This document shows positions 16,401-24,837 of a DNA stretch of 30,137 bases, piece by piece. Made by a program: the position numbers and the translations under genes. The stretch is taken from IMG/VR virus record IMGVR_UViG_3300050032_000061, positions 1 through 30,137 of that record; one strand, 5' to 3'. This DNA is from a virus (lineage: Duplodnaviria > Caudoviricetes). Numbering within the stretch: the stretch's first letter is position 1; each line of letters begins with the position of its first letter. Below the pieces are notes generated by a model. The model was not told where the DNA came from. It saw nothing but the letters and a program-made list of their open reading frames with translations, and did no database searches.

Positions 16401-18590
16401 GCGGATAATCCTATTTACGGCAATTCTGGCGGCGGCTACATTACGCTGGTTGGCTCCTCTTCAGTTGTGGTAGGAACAGGAACGCGCAAAGGGACAGTTT
16501 TTTTTATCACCCGAAATGGTTTTTGGACCTGCCCAGCGCCCCCAGTGCAGTTCAACACAAACGAGAATACGAACTATATCCTGGTGAGCAACATCCCCAT
16601 CGGGCCTCCGAACGTGATTGCGCGCGGCATCGCCTTCACCGAAGCAGGGCAGGAAGGACAGCCGGGCGCGAGCTACTACACCATTCCTACCCCGGTGCAA
16701 TTTGTCTATAACGGCATCACGTATCTGTCCTCTTCACTCATCATCAACGACAATGAGACGACCTCGGCAAAGTTCACTTTTCCGGATAATGTGCTACTCA
16801 ATGCGGAAGAGATTGACATTCAAGGGAATAACCTCTTTGCGCTGGGAGAATTGGGCGATGCGGCATGGTGCGCGCAGTATGCTGGGCGCCCCGTCTATGG
16901 CCGGGTACGCAACAAAATCCAGAACTTTCTAAATCTCAGCTTCGATGGTGGATACAATCCGAATCCAGGCGGAAATCTGCTGCCTTTAGGCTGGGGGCTT
17001 GATCCGGCCAGCAGCCCCTCAAATAGTCCGCCTGATCTGCTGATATCGCCTGTCTTTGGGAACTCTTACTATATCCTGAACGCCACAGGCGAGACGCAGG
17101 CTGTTCTGGGCATGATTACGCAGTCAGCCTACCAGGATTGGCACTATGTCGCCATTCTCCAAAACCAGACACCCTACAGTGTGCGCGTAACGTGCAGAAC
17201 GCCCTCCAGCGCGATCGCAGGCTCTCTGGTAATCGATCTGACCAGCTACAACGCCGGAAGCGGCTACGGCCAAACCTACGGGAGTTTTACGCTGGCTTTG
17301 AGCGCCATGACTTCCAATATGGCAACCTATACCGGGACGTTGCTTACTTCAACGACGCTGAATATCCCCCCAGACGTGCTATTGCGCGTTTGGGCCTCCG
17401 GATTAGCGGCGAATGCGGATATTGAGATCGATCGCATCGAGATTTATCCGACGCTGGCCCCGACGAATCTGACTGCGCTCCAAATCGGCTATAAAGATGA
17501 TTTTGATTCCTTCGACCAAGTGACAGGCAACGCGGATACAACCACAGTCAATGCGCAGCCGGCCAATGGCGCATTTGAGATGAATGATCTGCTTTACGTG
17601 GTTAAGGAAAGCTCCCTTGGCTACCTTGCGAACACGCCCAACCAGGAACCTCAAAGCTGGAACCCGTTTAAGGAAGTGTCGAACGTAGCCGGCGCCTGCG
17701 GAATCAATGCTTTCGACGTGGGCAAGAAATGGGCTGCGATGGCCTGCCAGAATGGATTTTTCCTTTTCAACGGTGGCGAGCCGATTCCGATACAACTAGA
17801 ATATCCAGACATTTGGCAGGCTATCAATTGGCCTTATGCACAATCTCTTTGCCTGCGCAATGATACCGCTAATAATCGGTTTGTAATCGCTTGCCCGATG
17901 GCCACGCCGAATCAATGGTGCCCCGAATTTGAGGAAAATGATGGTACCGGGGGGAATAACGTCACTCTGTTTGTGAACTATGATGGCATTGGGACCATCG
18001 AAGAGCTAATGAACGCCAGTCCGCTGCACGTCACGCTTATGGGAAAGTTAGCAGTTCATGACATGCGGCGCAAATGTTCGCTATGGTCGATTCCCAGTCC
18101 TTACATGGCAATCTGTAAGCGCAGCGAGCTTTTCTCCGAGCTGATGTTCTGCAATGGCATCCAATCGAGCAAAATCTATACGCTTGGCTCGTATACAGCT
18201 GGTGCTGATGATGGCGTTCCGTTCAGGTCGAGCTATTGCACGTATGGTTTTGTAGACCAAGCCAAAGCAAAGGAAAATCCAGTCTTTGGGATGCACAACA
18301 AACGGTATGTGTACTATGATCTGCTGATTTCCGGTAACGGTAGCATCAACGGCGGCACTCTGAGCATCGAATTCTTCCAAAACGTGCTTAATGCGCCGTA
18401 TCCGTTCACTGTTCCGGGAGGCGTAACGCTTTCCGATCCGGCGACAAATGATATTGAAGGCCCGCTGGATGAATTAGGGCAGAGAATGTTTGTTGAGATT
18501 TCAACCTACGGCGAGGGATGCTATTTCAACCTGTCTCGCATTACGCTGGTAGCCCAGGCAGATGCTTGGAGTCCTATACGAGGGAAGTAG
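13476..18590 (+). CDS. Tail nozzle/hub (P22 gp10 / T7 gp12-like) with many inserted beta domains
   Basis: GGAGG SD and TTG start; N-terminal F.G......P...P.G.SP...N.DY..G....R.G pattern; propeller-like C-terminal part; S/T/G-rich inserted domains; position after the adaptor. Confidence 0.7.
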   Translation: MGHDLKGRMSAMLETFAGVVTLTQPHDTPEGGSPRNTNCDYAVGSVFSRQGLVNPFTYSGNSVGPSPGSSAVDTSIGGSVWANPGNALLNTGVYATANLFTSVSASSATSNGSSVGGGVAWTNPTNIDSNSAFATVSLSSGGGGNVTPNQTNGSVNATATSTDQYVDKTTTLLGFNSTPATSATLYVAVASGMIVSDVGYVNLNYSIDSGVTWTTVYQWSNPFGPITVPILISGITNLSTVRVQIEVNIEWGSRGSAPVTLTAHITNWYAVIPSGSSPTAQTLSAAITGLWIPSTATITGVGISFNADYSGAAPSFQVALSVGNVTDAVTLTTSPTVYTEGGNGSLWGYSSWTPSTLSTLQVNLFASTTGTTTVNVNELQVTVYYSGAIATDALDIKQFGFSLPATVTPQGFTLAIKGYASAASTLNVQMLKAGVPVGNVESVALNVGSVTTLSLGGINDLFGGTWIYSDLNNTTFGVRLTATGNNAAEVFIGYVTLKADFLPTQENFNFIATYEDAFGNIYNVALDASGEFWIEYVSTNPGVLVPLFGGPPANSFASSFTANSRQYIAISDLLQGSYPPQQIVGTTPAQTGWNDRVSQVGPGAPPSFSGTLAASNSISITAYSYSSGILTLTATNTLTAGEVIVINALSTDPLYALNGKLFNVLGTGLGPTAFEIAETTVTGSGSTTAQAASQYTYPVVASPNGITQFPFWNSAQGYQSQLDDILWSAGPGSTSSGNVVTVYYLNAYTHQTGVDANLAKAIQQALFPVYVYVSGTNMPVANGTQLVTGTGIGTPPGGGDQRYYFTFNVASSSYSNIGGGSNAQPGQYRLTVATLTTSLPLPGVQTGDAVTISGDPVPAWDNTWPIVNALNSGSYSISQTSMAAGIATYSWALSGATSTPPAAGQLVTVTGTLNGNGIFNVTDAEIATVTGTSSGTFTVAGFGAQTFSTQAEVAQATTSGTKFQIDPGALTLGNAADNPIYGNSGGGYITLVGSSSVVVGTGTRKGTVFFITRNGFWTCPAPPVQFNTNENTNYILVSNIPIGPPNVIARGIAFTEAGQEGQPGASYYTIPTPVQFVYNGITYLSSSLIINDNETTSAKFTFPDNVLLNAEEIDIQGNNLFALGELGDAAWCAQYAGRPVYGRVRNKIQNFLNLSFDGGYNPNPGGNLLPLGWGLDPASSPSNSPPDLLISPVFGNSYYILNATGETQAVLGMITQSAYQDWHYVAILQNQTPYSVRVTCRTPSSAIAGSLVIDLTSYNAGSGYGQTYGSFTLALSAMTSNMATYTGTLLTSTTLNIPPDVLLRVWASGLAANADIEIDRIEIYPTLAPTNLTALQIGYKDDFDSFDQVTGNADTTTVNAQPANGAFEMNDLLYVVKESSLGYLANTPNQEPQSWNPFKEVSNVAGACGINAFDVGKKWAAMACQNGFFLFNGGEPIPIQLEYPDIWQAINWPYAQSLCLRNDTANNRFVIACPMATPNQWCPEFEENDGTGGNNVTLFVNYDGIGTIEELMNASPLHVTLMGKLAVHDMRRKCSLWSIPSPYMAICKRSELFSELMFCNGIQSSKIYTLGSYTAGADDGVPFRSSYCTYGFVDQAKAKENPVFGMHNKRYVYYDLLISGNGSINGGTLSIEFFQNVLNAPYPFTVPGGVTLSDPATNDIEGPLDELGQRMFVEISTYGEGCYFNLSRITLVAQADAWSPIRGK

Positions 18591-19165
18591 TGGCACAACC
18601 TAGCGGCCAACTCGACGGCAGCAGCCTTTTGGCGGAGATTTTCGCCAAAGATCCGCGTCACGGCCAACTTCTACAAAATATCATAGATGCTGTGAATAAG
18701 GTTGCCCAAAATGCCGGAGTATCGGCAACTGGCGAAATTCCGGCGCCAAAGCCACCGGACTCGGTCTCTGTGACCACTGCGGGGGAAATGATGCACGTTT
18801 CCATCTCGCATGGGGGGCGTTTGCAGCGCGGGGTCAAGTATTTCTCAGAAATAGCGGCTTCGACTTCCGGTGAGCCTGTATTTAGCCAGCCAATCGTTAA
18901 AGACCACGGCACAAGCCGCACCCCAGAGCCGTTCTCACTGCCAACAAAAGACGCTACAGGGCACCCGTACAGCTATCATGTACGTTCCTATGCTCAGAAC
19001 CCCGGCGGCCCGCCCTCGGCGGCAACGATTGCCCCCGGCGGACCATTCACAATGGCGGGCAGCACACAACTAACGCTTTTACCCTCAACAGGCAGCGGTA
19101 CAGCGCCAAACAGCGGCCAAAGCGCCGGCCAGGGGCTCGGCAAACAGCAAACGAGGCAGTCATGA
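18590..19165 (+). CDS. Tail-associated protein with FN3/Ig-like domain
   Basis: GTG start overlapping the upstream TAG; P.PP.SVSV.....HVSI....Y..E.....YHVRSY....G.PS pattern. Confidence 0.55.
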   Translation: MAQPSGQLDGSSLLAEIFAKDPRHGQLLQNIIDAVNKVAQNAGVSATGEIPAPKPPDSVSVTTAGEMMHVSISHGGRLQRGVKYFSEIAASTSGEPVFSQPIVKDHGTSRTPEPFSLPTKDATGHPYSYHVRSYAQNPGGPPSAATIAPGGPFTMAGSTQLTLLPSTGSGTAPNSGQSAGQGLGKQQTRQS

Positions 19166-19563
19166 TGGTGCGAGACGCAAAACCGGAGGATTTCGCAGAA
19201 ATTGAGCAGATTCACGCCGCGATGGGCATGGATTATGCATTACCTGAGCTAAATCACCCTCTTTTTTTGGTGCGGAAGGTTACGATCGACGATAATGGGG
19301 CGGTAATTGGCGCGTGTTTTCTGCGCATCACAGCAGAGACCTATCTCTGGCTGAAACCGGACGCATCCCCTCGTGATAAAGTTGATGTGATGAATGAGAT
19401 GCAGCCGGAAGTTCTCCGCGCGGCATGGCAAAACGGATTAGATGATATTGAGGCCCGCATACCTGAGACCGTAGAGCGGCGCTTCCAGAAACGGTTGAAT
19501 CAGTTGGGGTGGAGCAAAAACCGCTCCGGCTGGTCCCCTTGGACGGTGGCGACTCGTGCGTGA
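19162..19563 (+). CDS. GNAT-fold protein (P22 gp14 / T7 gp13-like position)
   Basis: VRDAKPEDFAEIEQI and DNGAVIGACFL motifs; sits between nozzle and ejection proteins. Confidence 0.65.
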   Translation: MMVRDAKPEDFAEIEQIHAAMGMDYALPELNHPLFLVRKVTIDDNGAVIGACFLRITAETYLWLKPDASPRDKVDVMNEMQPEVLRAAWQNGLDDIEARIPETVERRFQKRLNQLGWSKNRSGWSPWTVATRA

Positions 19564-20086
19564 TTCTCAAGTAGCAGCCAATACAGCAGGGCAGGCAGCA
19601 GCTGGATACGGCTCAACTGCCGGTAGCATAAATGCCAATCTTACCCCCTTTTTAACCCGGCAAATGGACAATCCGCAAGGCATGAGCCAGCGTGACGTTG
19701 GCGCACAGGTGACGGCGGGTTTGGCTGGTACGGGTGGCGCTACGGCTGGATTGACTGGCGCTGTGGGAAAGATGGGCGCAGATACACGCAACCCAAAGGG
19801 ATTCTCCGGCGCCCTCGATGCCGCTGCACAACAGCGCGATAAAGGCAATGCGATGGTGGGCGAGAAAATTGCCGCCAACAATGCTGACGTGAAGCTCAAT
19901 CAGCAATCCACAGCTGCGGGCGATCTAAGCAAACTTTATGGCATGAACACGGCTGCCCAAACGGGTGAGGCTGGGGTGCAAGCAAAGGATTTGGATGCCG
20001 CTAATCAAATTACCCCCGGCTGGCAGATTTATATGCAAATGCAGAAAAATGCGGAACAGGCAGCGGCAGCAGGAGGGGGGGGATAA
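19556..20086 (+). CDS. Probable DNA ejection/pilot protein (P22 gp7-like)
   Basis: 176 aa A/G/Q-rich helical protein; first of three internal-virion-type genes. Confidence 0.55.
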   Translation: MRDSQVAANTAGQAAAGYGSTAGSINANLTPFLTRQMDNPQGMSQRDVGAQVTAGLAGTGGATAGLTGAVGKMGADTRNPKGFSGALDAAAQQRDKGNAMVGEKIAANNADVKLNQQSTAAGDLSKLYGMNTAAQTGEAGVQAKDLDAANQITPGWQIYMQMQKNAEQAAAAGGGG

Positions 20087-21543
20087 TGGGCCTCACATCA
20101 ATCATTCCGAGTCCTGATGACCTTAAGCGCACGATGGGCAGTCAGCCGCCGATGCTTCCACTGATGGGTGGCAAGCCGGATGCTAGTCCGCCTTCGGGCG
20201 GCTTGCCTTCACTGGGTGGACTGCCCGCTCTTGGCTCGACAAATACGCAGGGAATGGGACAATTAAGGCCAATTGTCACCAGCCCGCGCCAGCAGCAGGA
20301 ACAGGATTTGCAGTCGAAGATGCTTCAGAAGCCGGAGGGGTTCTGGCAGAATTTGCGCCACGTAGCAGGTATTGCTGGACGTGTGGCCGGAGATATTGTT
20401 GCGCCGGGCGAAACAGAACTCATCACACACTCGCTTGGTCAGTCAGGCATCGGACCTGAAGCGAACCCAATCCGCGCAAAACAACTCGCCGGTCTCCAAC
20501 AGCAGGACGTGACTGAGCAGGACGCGGCCAGCAAGCGCGGGCTGGAAGCTGCGCAGGCGGCGAATTTCAGCGAAGAAGCAGCCGAGATGCCAGGAAAAAC
20601 CGCGAGCGAAGAGGCACTGCAAGGCGCGCAGACTTATCGCGCATACAATCCTCTTGCCACATCGGATTTTGAATTATGGCATCAACAGAATCCGAATGGG
20701 ACAGCGCAAGAATATCAGCAAGTTCTTGCAAAACCCTTGACACAACAAGATGCTGATTCCCGCAATGCAATATGGGATAAAATCGCAGATCAATATCATC
20801 TTCCTAAAGGCCAGTTCAAAGCTGGAATGCCTTCTGCAGATGCCGCGCAATTGGCCGGGTCTTTAAACAATGTCATCAGCCGTGGTCAAGGAGCACAGTC
20901 TATAACCATTAAACAGGAAGCCGCAGGAAAAAGCGGAGATGCGCGAGCCGACAGGAGTTTCCAATACAATCAAGGAGAACTTGACAAACTAACTAATCCA
21001 ATCTCGCAAATGACTATGCGTATGGGCCGCTTGCAAGATACCATCAATCAGAACTCTCCACAGGCTGACGCCCTCATGGCTCCTGAATTGCTCACCATCA
21101 TGGCTGGCGGTCAAGGGTCAGGCCTACGCATGAATGAGGCTGAAATTTCGCGCATTGTGGGAGGTCGTTCTAACTGGCAATCACTCCAGGCTAGCGTAAA
21201 CAAGTGGCAAACAGACCCATCGAAGGCTAATAGTATCACGCCGTCTCAACGCCAACAGATACGATCTCTTGTACAGTCTGTTTCACAAAAATTGAACGTC
21301 AAACAGGAGGCCTTGAGTCAGGCAGCAGGCGAGTTAATCGATTCGGATGATCCGAAGCAACATAGGGCTATCGTGCAGCGTGCGCGCACTATTTTGAATA
21401 GCATCGATGAAGGAACACAGGGAGGTGGCAATCAATCAGCGCCTGGCGCATCGCCACAGCGGCCAGCTGGTGTTCCTTCCGGCTACAACTGGAATCCTCA
21501 AGGAAATGGAGGTAAGGGATCATGGCAGCCGCCCAAGCAATAG
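20086..21543 (+). CDS. Probable DNA ejection protein (gp20-like)
   Basis: 485 aa Q/A/S-rich helical protein without Cys; TAATG overlap; synteny. Confidence 0.55.
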   Translation: MGLTSIIPSPDDLKRTMGSQPPMLPLMGGKPDASPPSGGLPSLGGLPALGSTNTQGMGQLRPIVTSPRQQQEQDLQSKMLQKPEGFWQNLRHVAGIAGRVAGDIVAPGETELITHSLGQSGIGPEANPIRAKQLAGLQQQDVTEQDAASKRGLEAAQAANFSEEAAEMPGKTASEEALQGAQTYRAYNPLATSDFELWHQQNPNGTAQEYQQVLAKPLTQQDADSRNAIWDKIADQYHLPKGQFKAGMPSADAAQLAGSLNNVISRGQGAQSITIKQEAAGKSGDARADRSFQYNQGELDKLTNPISQMTMRMGRLQDTINQNSPQADALMAPELLTIMAGGQGSGLRMNEAEISRIVGGRSNWQSLQASVNKWQTDPSKANSITPSQRQQIRSLVQSVSQKLNVKQEALSQAAGELIDSDDPKQHRAIVQRARTILNSIDEGTQGGGNQSAPGASPQRPAGVPSGYNWNPQGNGGKGSWQPPKQ

Positions 21544-23282
21544 AGTATGACGCTCAGGGAAAGCCTCTGCCTCCAACCCCGACAGGCGTTGAATACGATG
21601 CTCAAGGTAGACCCTTATCCTCTTCCGCTGAACCGCCCAGCTTCTTTGAAAGCCTCGGCCATACTTTTGGCATTGGTAAGGAAGAAGAAGCAGAACGACA
21701 AGAACATCCCATCCGTTCAGCCATCGAGAGCTATCCTCCCGTAGCATTAGCCGAGGGGCTTGGACGCGGATTTATGCGAAGTACCGACGAACTCGGTAAG
21801 GGTGTAGATGCCTTGCGCGCGGGCAATCCTGCCGAGGCGGGGGTCCATGCAATCTCAGCAATTCCGTTCGCTGGTCCTGGCATGATGCGTGCCAGCGAGC
21901 AAGCACCGGCCTCAACTCCAGATGAATCTTACCTGAGTAGGATTGGCGATGTGGCAACAAATCCGGGCGCAATGGGGACGCTGGCCGGAACTGCGTTGCA
22001 GGTTGCCCCGATGGTTATGGGAGACACGGCTGGAAGGATCACTCGGCCAATCTCTGACGCAGTGACGGGCGGATTGAAGCGCTCCGGCGAAGGTATCCTG
22101 AATCGAACGGTTGGGGCAACAAAGCCAGATTTCAGCCACGGCGCGAACCCGGCAGGTGGTTATCTCGCTGGTGGAGGAAAACCGGCTTGGACGATGGGTG
22201 GTTTGGCAAGAAATGCAGAAGGCGTAAATGCGCGCGCTGGGGCAAAACTAGGGAATCTCTACGATACGGCGACGGCGAAAGGAGTGGGTTTTCCAGAGAC
22301 AAGTGTGCGCAGTCAACTTGAGCAACCGCTATCAGTCTATGAAGCAGAACAGGAGGGGCCGGGTGCTACGGGGGCTAGTCCGCTGATAGGAGAATATCGC
22401 TATCGCATGATGTCGCGCCCTCCTAGTGGAAGGTTGCCCTCTCCAATTAGGGGTTTTCTAGCTCCTCCAGTACAAGAAGTACCGTTGGCGGACTCTCCGT
22501 ATATCGAAGGTAGACCTTCTGAACCTATTCGTTTAACACAAGCGAACAGACCTGGCCAACTGCAACTCCAAGCCCCAACATTGAGCACGCCTATGGCTCC
22601 AGGTATGCAAGGGGAGTTTCCAGGAAGGCTGGCCTCTGCTGATACGGGAATCAGGCAGACAGAGTTTGGGGATCATCCAGGGATGGGACAAGCACAATAC
22701 ATGGGGGAAATTCCCGGAGAACGCGGCGGCCCTGGTCAATTCAATGGAGTATGGAGGAAACAACCGCCTCCGATGAGCAATTCAACTGTTCCAGGGAAGC
22801 CTTATTACACGCCCAATGATGTGTTTAGTCTCAAGCGCTCAATCGCAAAACAGGCGCGGTGGAACTCGCAAGAGCCGATTGGGTTGAATGATGTGAGGCA
22901 GGAGCAGGTCGGGCGTCTTGGCGGCATGTTGACAGACGTGATACCAGAGGCGAAGCCGCAGAACCAAATCTTCCAAGGATCGCTGCGCTTGGCGAATCGT
23001 GCAGCACAAAGGGCCGATACCGGCTCCGCTCCGTTGACCCAAATTGGACGCCGCGCATTTGAATCAGGTATTGGGGGCTTAGGTTATATGACAGGGCACC
23101 CATACGCGGGGATGATTCCTTTATTGGCTGATACTGTTCCGGTCAAGTCAACGGCTGGGTGGGGTCTTTACAATGCCGGAAGAGGACTTGGTACTGAACT
23201 TCCGCCCCTCTTCCGCCCAACTGCGGCAGTCAGCGGTATCTACAACAAAGAGCCAAAAAAGGAATCCGACGATGAGAAGTAG
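21522..23282 (+). CDS. Probable DNA ejection protein (gp16-like)
   Basis: 586 aa G/A/P-rich; N-terminal EYDAQG[KR]PL duplication; Gly-rich hydrophobic stretches; synteny. Confidence 0.55.
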   Translation: MAAAQAIEYDAQGKPLPPTPTGVEYDAQGRPLSSSAEPPSFFESLGHTFGIGKEEEAERQEHPIRSAIESYPPVALAEGLGRGFMRSTDELGKGVDALRAGNPAEAGVHAISAIPFAGPGMMRASEQAPASTPDESYLSRIGDVATNPGAMGTLAGTALQVAPMVMGDTAGRITRPISDAVTGGLKRSGEGILNRTVGATKPDFSHGANPAGGYLAGGGKPAWTMGGLARNAEGVNARAGAKLGNLYDTATAKGVGFPETSVRSQLEQPLSVYEAEQEGPGATGASPLIGEYRYRMMSRPPSGRLPSPIRGFLAPPVQEVPLADSPYIEGRPSEPIRLTQANRPGQLQLQAPTLSTPMAPGMQGEFPGRLASADTGIRQTEFGDHPGMGQAQYMGEIPGERGGPGQFNGVWRKQPPPMSNSTVPGKPYYTPNDVFSLKRSIAKQARWNSQEPIGLNDVRQEQVGRLGGMLTDVIPEAKPQNQIFQGSLRLANRAAQRADTGSAPLTQIGRRAFESGIGGLGYMTGHPYAGMIPLLADTVPVKSTAGWGLYNAGRGLGTELPPLFRPTAAVSGIYNKEPKKESDDEK

Positions 23283-23314
23283 AAACACAACCAGATTGTA
23301 GCACAGGAGGATTT

Positions 23315-24091
23315 ATGCTTTACAAAACTACTGCATTTGGCCCACCGTACAAGAACACGCTTCGGATGCAGACCGGTGTTACGCCGATCTACCTGTTTGG
23401 TAATCTCGACGCGCACACTGAGCCGTTCCTGTTCGATATAACGCATATCGCCGGGGATGGCACACACGGAACAGCTACTGTCGTCCTTCGCTCTGGCGGG
23501 GGCGGCACTGACTATGTGACCGGAGTTGCGCCTATTCCCGTAGTTGGGGCCGTGATGGGCGTCCGCGGATTGACGCAAACTGGATTCAACACCGATCCGG
23601 CAATCGTTACCGCAGTCACGCTTGACTCAACTGGCGCGGGGACAATCAGCTACGCGAACACGACTAGCCTTTCGATTGCCGTCGCTCATGGTTCGCTCGT
23701 CGTGTGGCCGTATGAATATCCTGACATTGTCACGTCCGGCGCCGCCTCTATCCCGGTAGCACAGACCTTCACGCCTGATGATTCCGATAATTCACGCTGC
23801 CTCTTTGCGGAAGCGGTCTGGAGCGGAACATTGCCCAGCGCCGCAGTCGTCGTGCTTCAGGCGGCAAACGTTGACCAGGATGCGCGATACTACACCCTTG
23901 CGAACGTGCAAGGATGTCTGGCGACAGCAGTAGTGGCCGCAAGTGGAAACCTGGCCACGATTGTCAGCAGCTCGGTTACACAATCGGGCGCGGAATATTC
24001 ATTCATTATGGGAAAATTCTTGCGGGCGAAAGTGCTCTCAATGACCGGCGGCGATGGCACTACTGGGCTTGTTGTAACTTTGTTTGCCTAG
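23315..24091 (+). CDS. Virion structural protein (beta-rich)
   Basis: AGGAGG SD; 258 aa V/T/A/G-rich with an inserted FCCH-like segment. Confidence 0.6.
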   Translation: MLYKTTAFGPPYKNTLRMQTGVTPIYLFGNLDAHTEPFLFDITHIAGDGTHGTATVVLRSGGGGTDYVTGVAPIPVVGAVMGVRGLTQTGFNTDPAIVTAVTLDSTGAGTISYANTTSLSIAVAHGSLVVWPYEYPDIVTSGAASIPVAQTFTPDDSDNSRCLFAEAVWSGTLPSAAVVVLQAANVDQDARYYTLANVQGCLATAVVAASGNLATIVSSSVTQSGAEYSFIMGKFLRAKVLSMTGGDGTTGLVVTLFA

Positions 24092-24100
24092 TGCTATAAT
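24072..24100 (+). promoter_or_regulatory. Near-consensus sigma70 promoter, probably giving a leaderless transcript
   Basis: TTGTAA (24072-24077), 17-nt spacer, TATAAT (24095-24100) with extended TG; ATG 6 nt downstream and no SD. Confidence 0.65.
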
Positions 24101-24106
24101 GTACGT

Positions 24107-24829
24107 ATGGATAACTTCTATGTGTACATGTATTTGAGGGCGAAAAGATCAAAGTATGGGAATGTTGGAACTCCCTACTATGTAGGCAAAGGGAAAAAGA
24201 TGAGGGCGTTCAGTAAATATCATCGGGTTCGACCTCCTGAGGATAAGTCCCTCATCATTTTTGTTGCCGAAAATTTGTCTGAATGTTCAGCGTGGGAGGA
24301 AGAAAAAAGGCTCATTTCCTTGTACGGAAGAATTGATAGGAAAACAGGCTGCCTGCGCAATCTCACTGATGGCGGCGAGGGTCCGTCTGGACGCATCCCA
24401 TATAACAAAGGTAAGCGCGGCCTTCACCATCAATCAGCGGAATGGGTCCTTCGCCATAGCGAGATGATGAAAGAGAAATGGTCTAACCCTTTATTCAAAG
24501 AGAATTATTCAGCAAAGATGACAGGGCGCAAGGGACATCCTCGAACCGAACAATGGAGACAACGCCAAGCGGATGCTATACGCGGAAGAATTGCCTCCAA
24601 AGAAACACGCCAGAAGCAATCAGAAAGCCTTAAGGCTGCTTATGCAGCGGGACACCATAAACGCGGACATTCTGAGGAAACACGGACAAAGATAAGGGCT
24701 GCTGCTGTAAGACAGATAAATCGTGGTGCCCCTCCGCGGAAGGAACTACCTTGCCATGGTTGCGGCATAATGCTCTGCGCAAGAGAACGAAGCAAGCGCC
24801 ATTCATGCGGCGCTACGAACAGGTATTAG
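24107..24829 (+). CDS. Free-standing GIY-YIG-like homing endonuclease with NUMOD3 repeats
   Basis: FYVYMY...PYYVGKG..R, E..LI..YGR....G.L.NLTDGGEG, (H/A)S.ETR.K repeats, C-terminal CxxC..HxC; very basic and AT-richer than neighbours. Confidence 0.85.
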   Translation: MDNFYVYMYLRAKRSKYGNVGTPYYVGKGKKMRAFSKYHRVRPPEDKSLIIFVAENLSECSAWEEEKRLISLYGRIDRKTGCLRNLTDGGEGPSGRIPYNKGKRGLHHQSAEWVLRHSEMMKEKWSNPLFKENYSAKMTGRKGHPRTEQWRQRQADAIRGRIASKETRQKQSESLKAAYAAGHHKRGHSEETRTKIRAAAVRQINRGAPPRKELPCHGCGIMLCARERSKRHSCGATNRY

Positions 24830-24837
24830 GAGGGATC

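Noticed and set aside
16498-16505. T8 slippery sequence in the nozzle gene
   Set aside because: It encodes VFF in an uninterrupted ORF, and I saw no convincing stimulatory structure or meaningful alternative-frame product.
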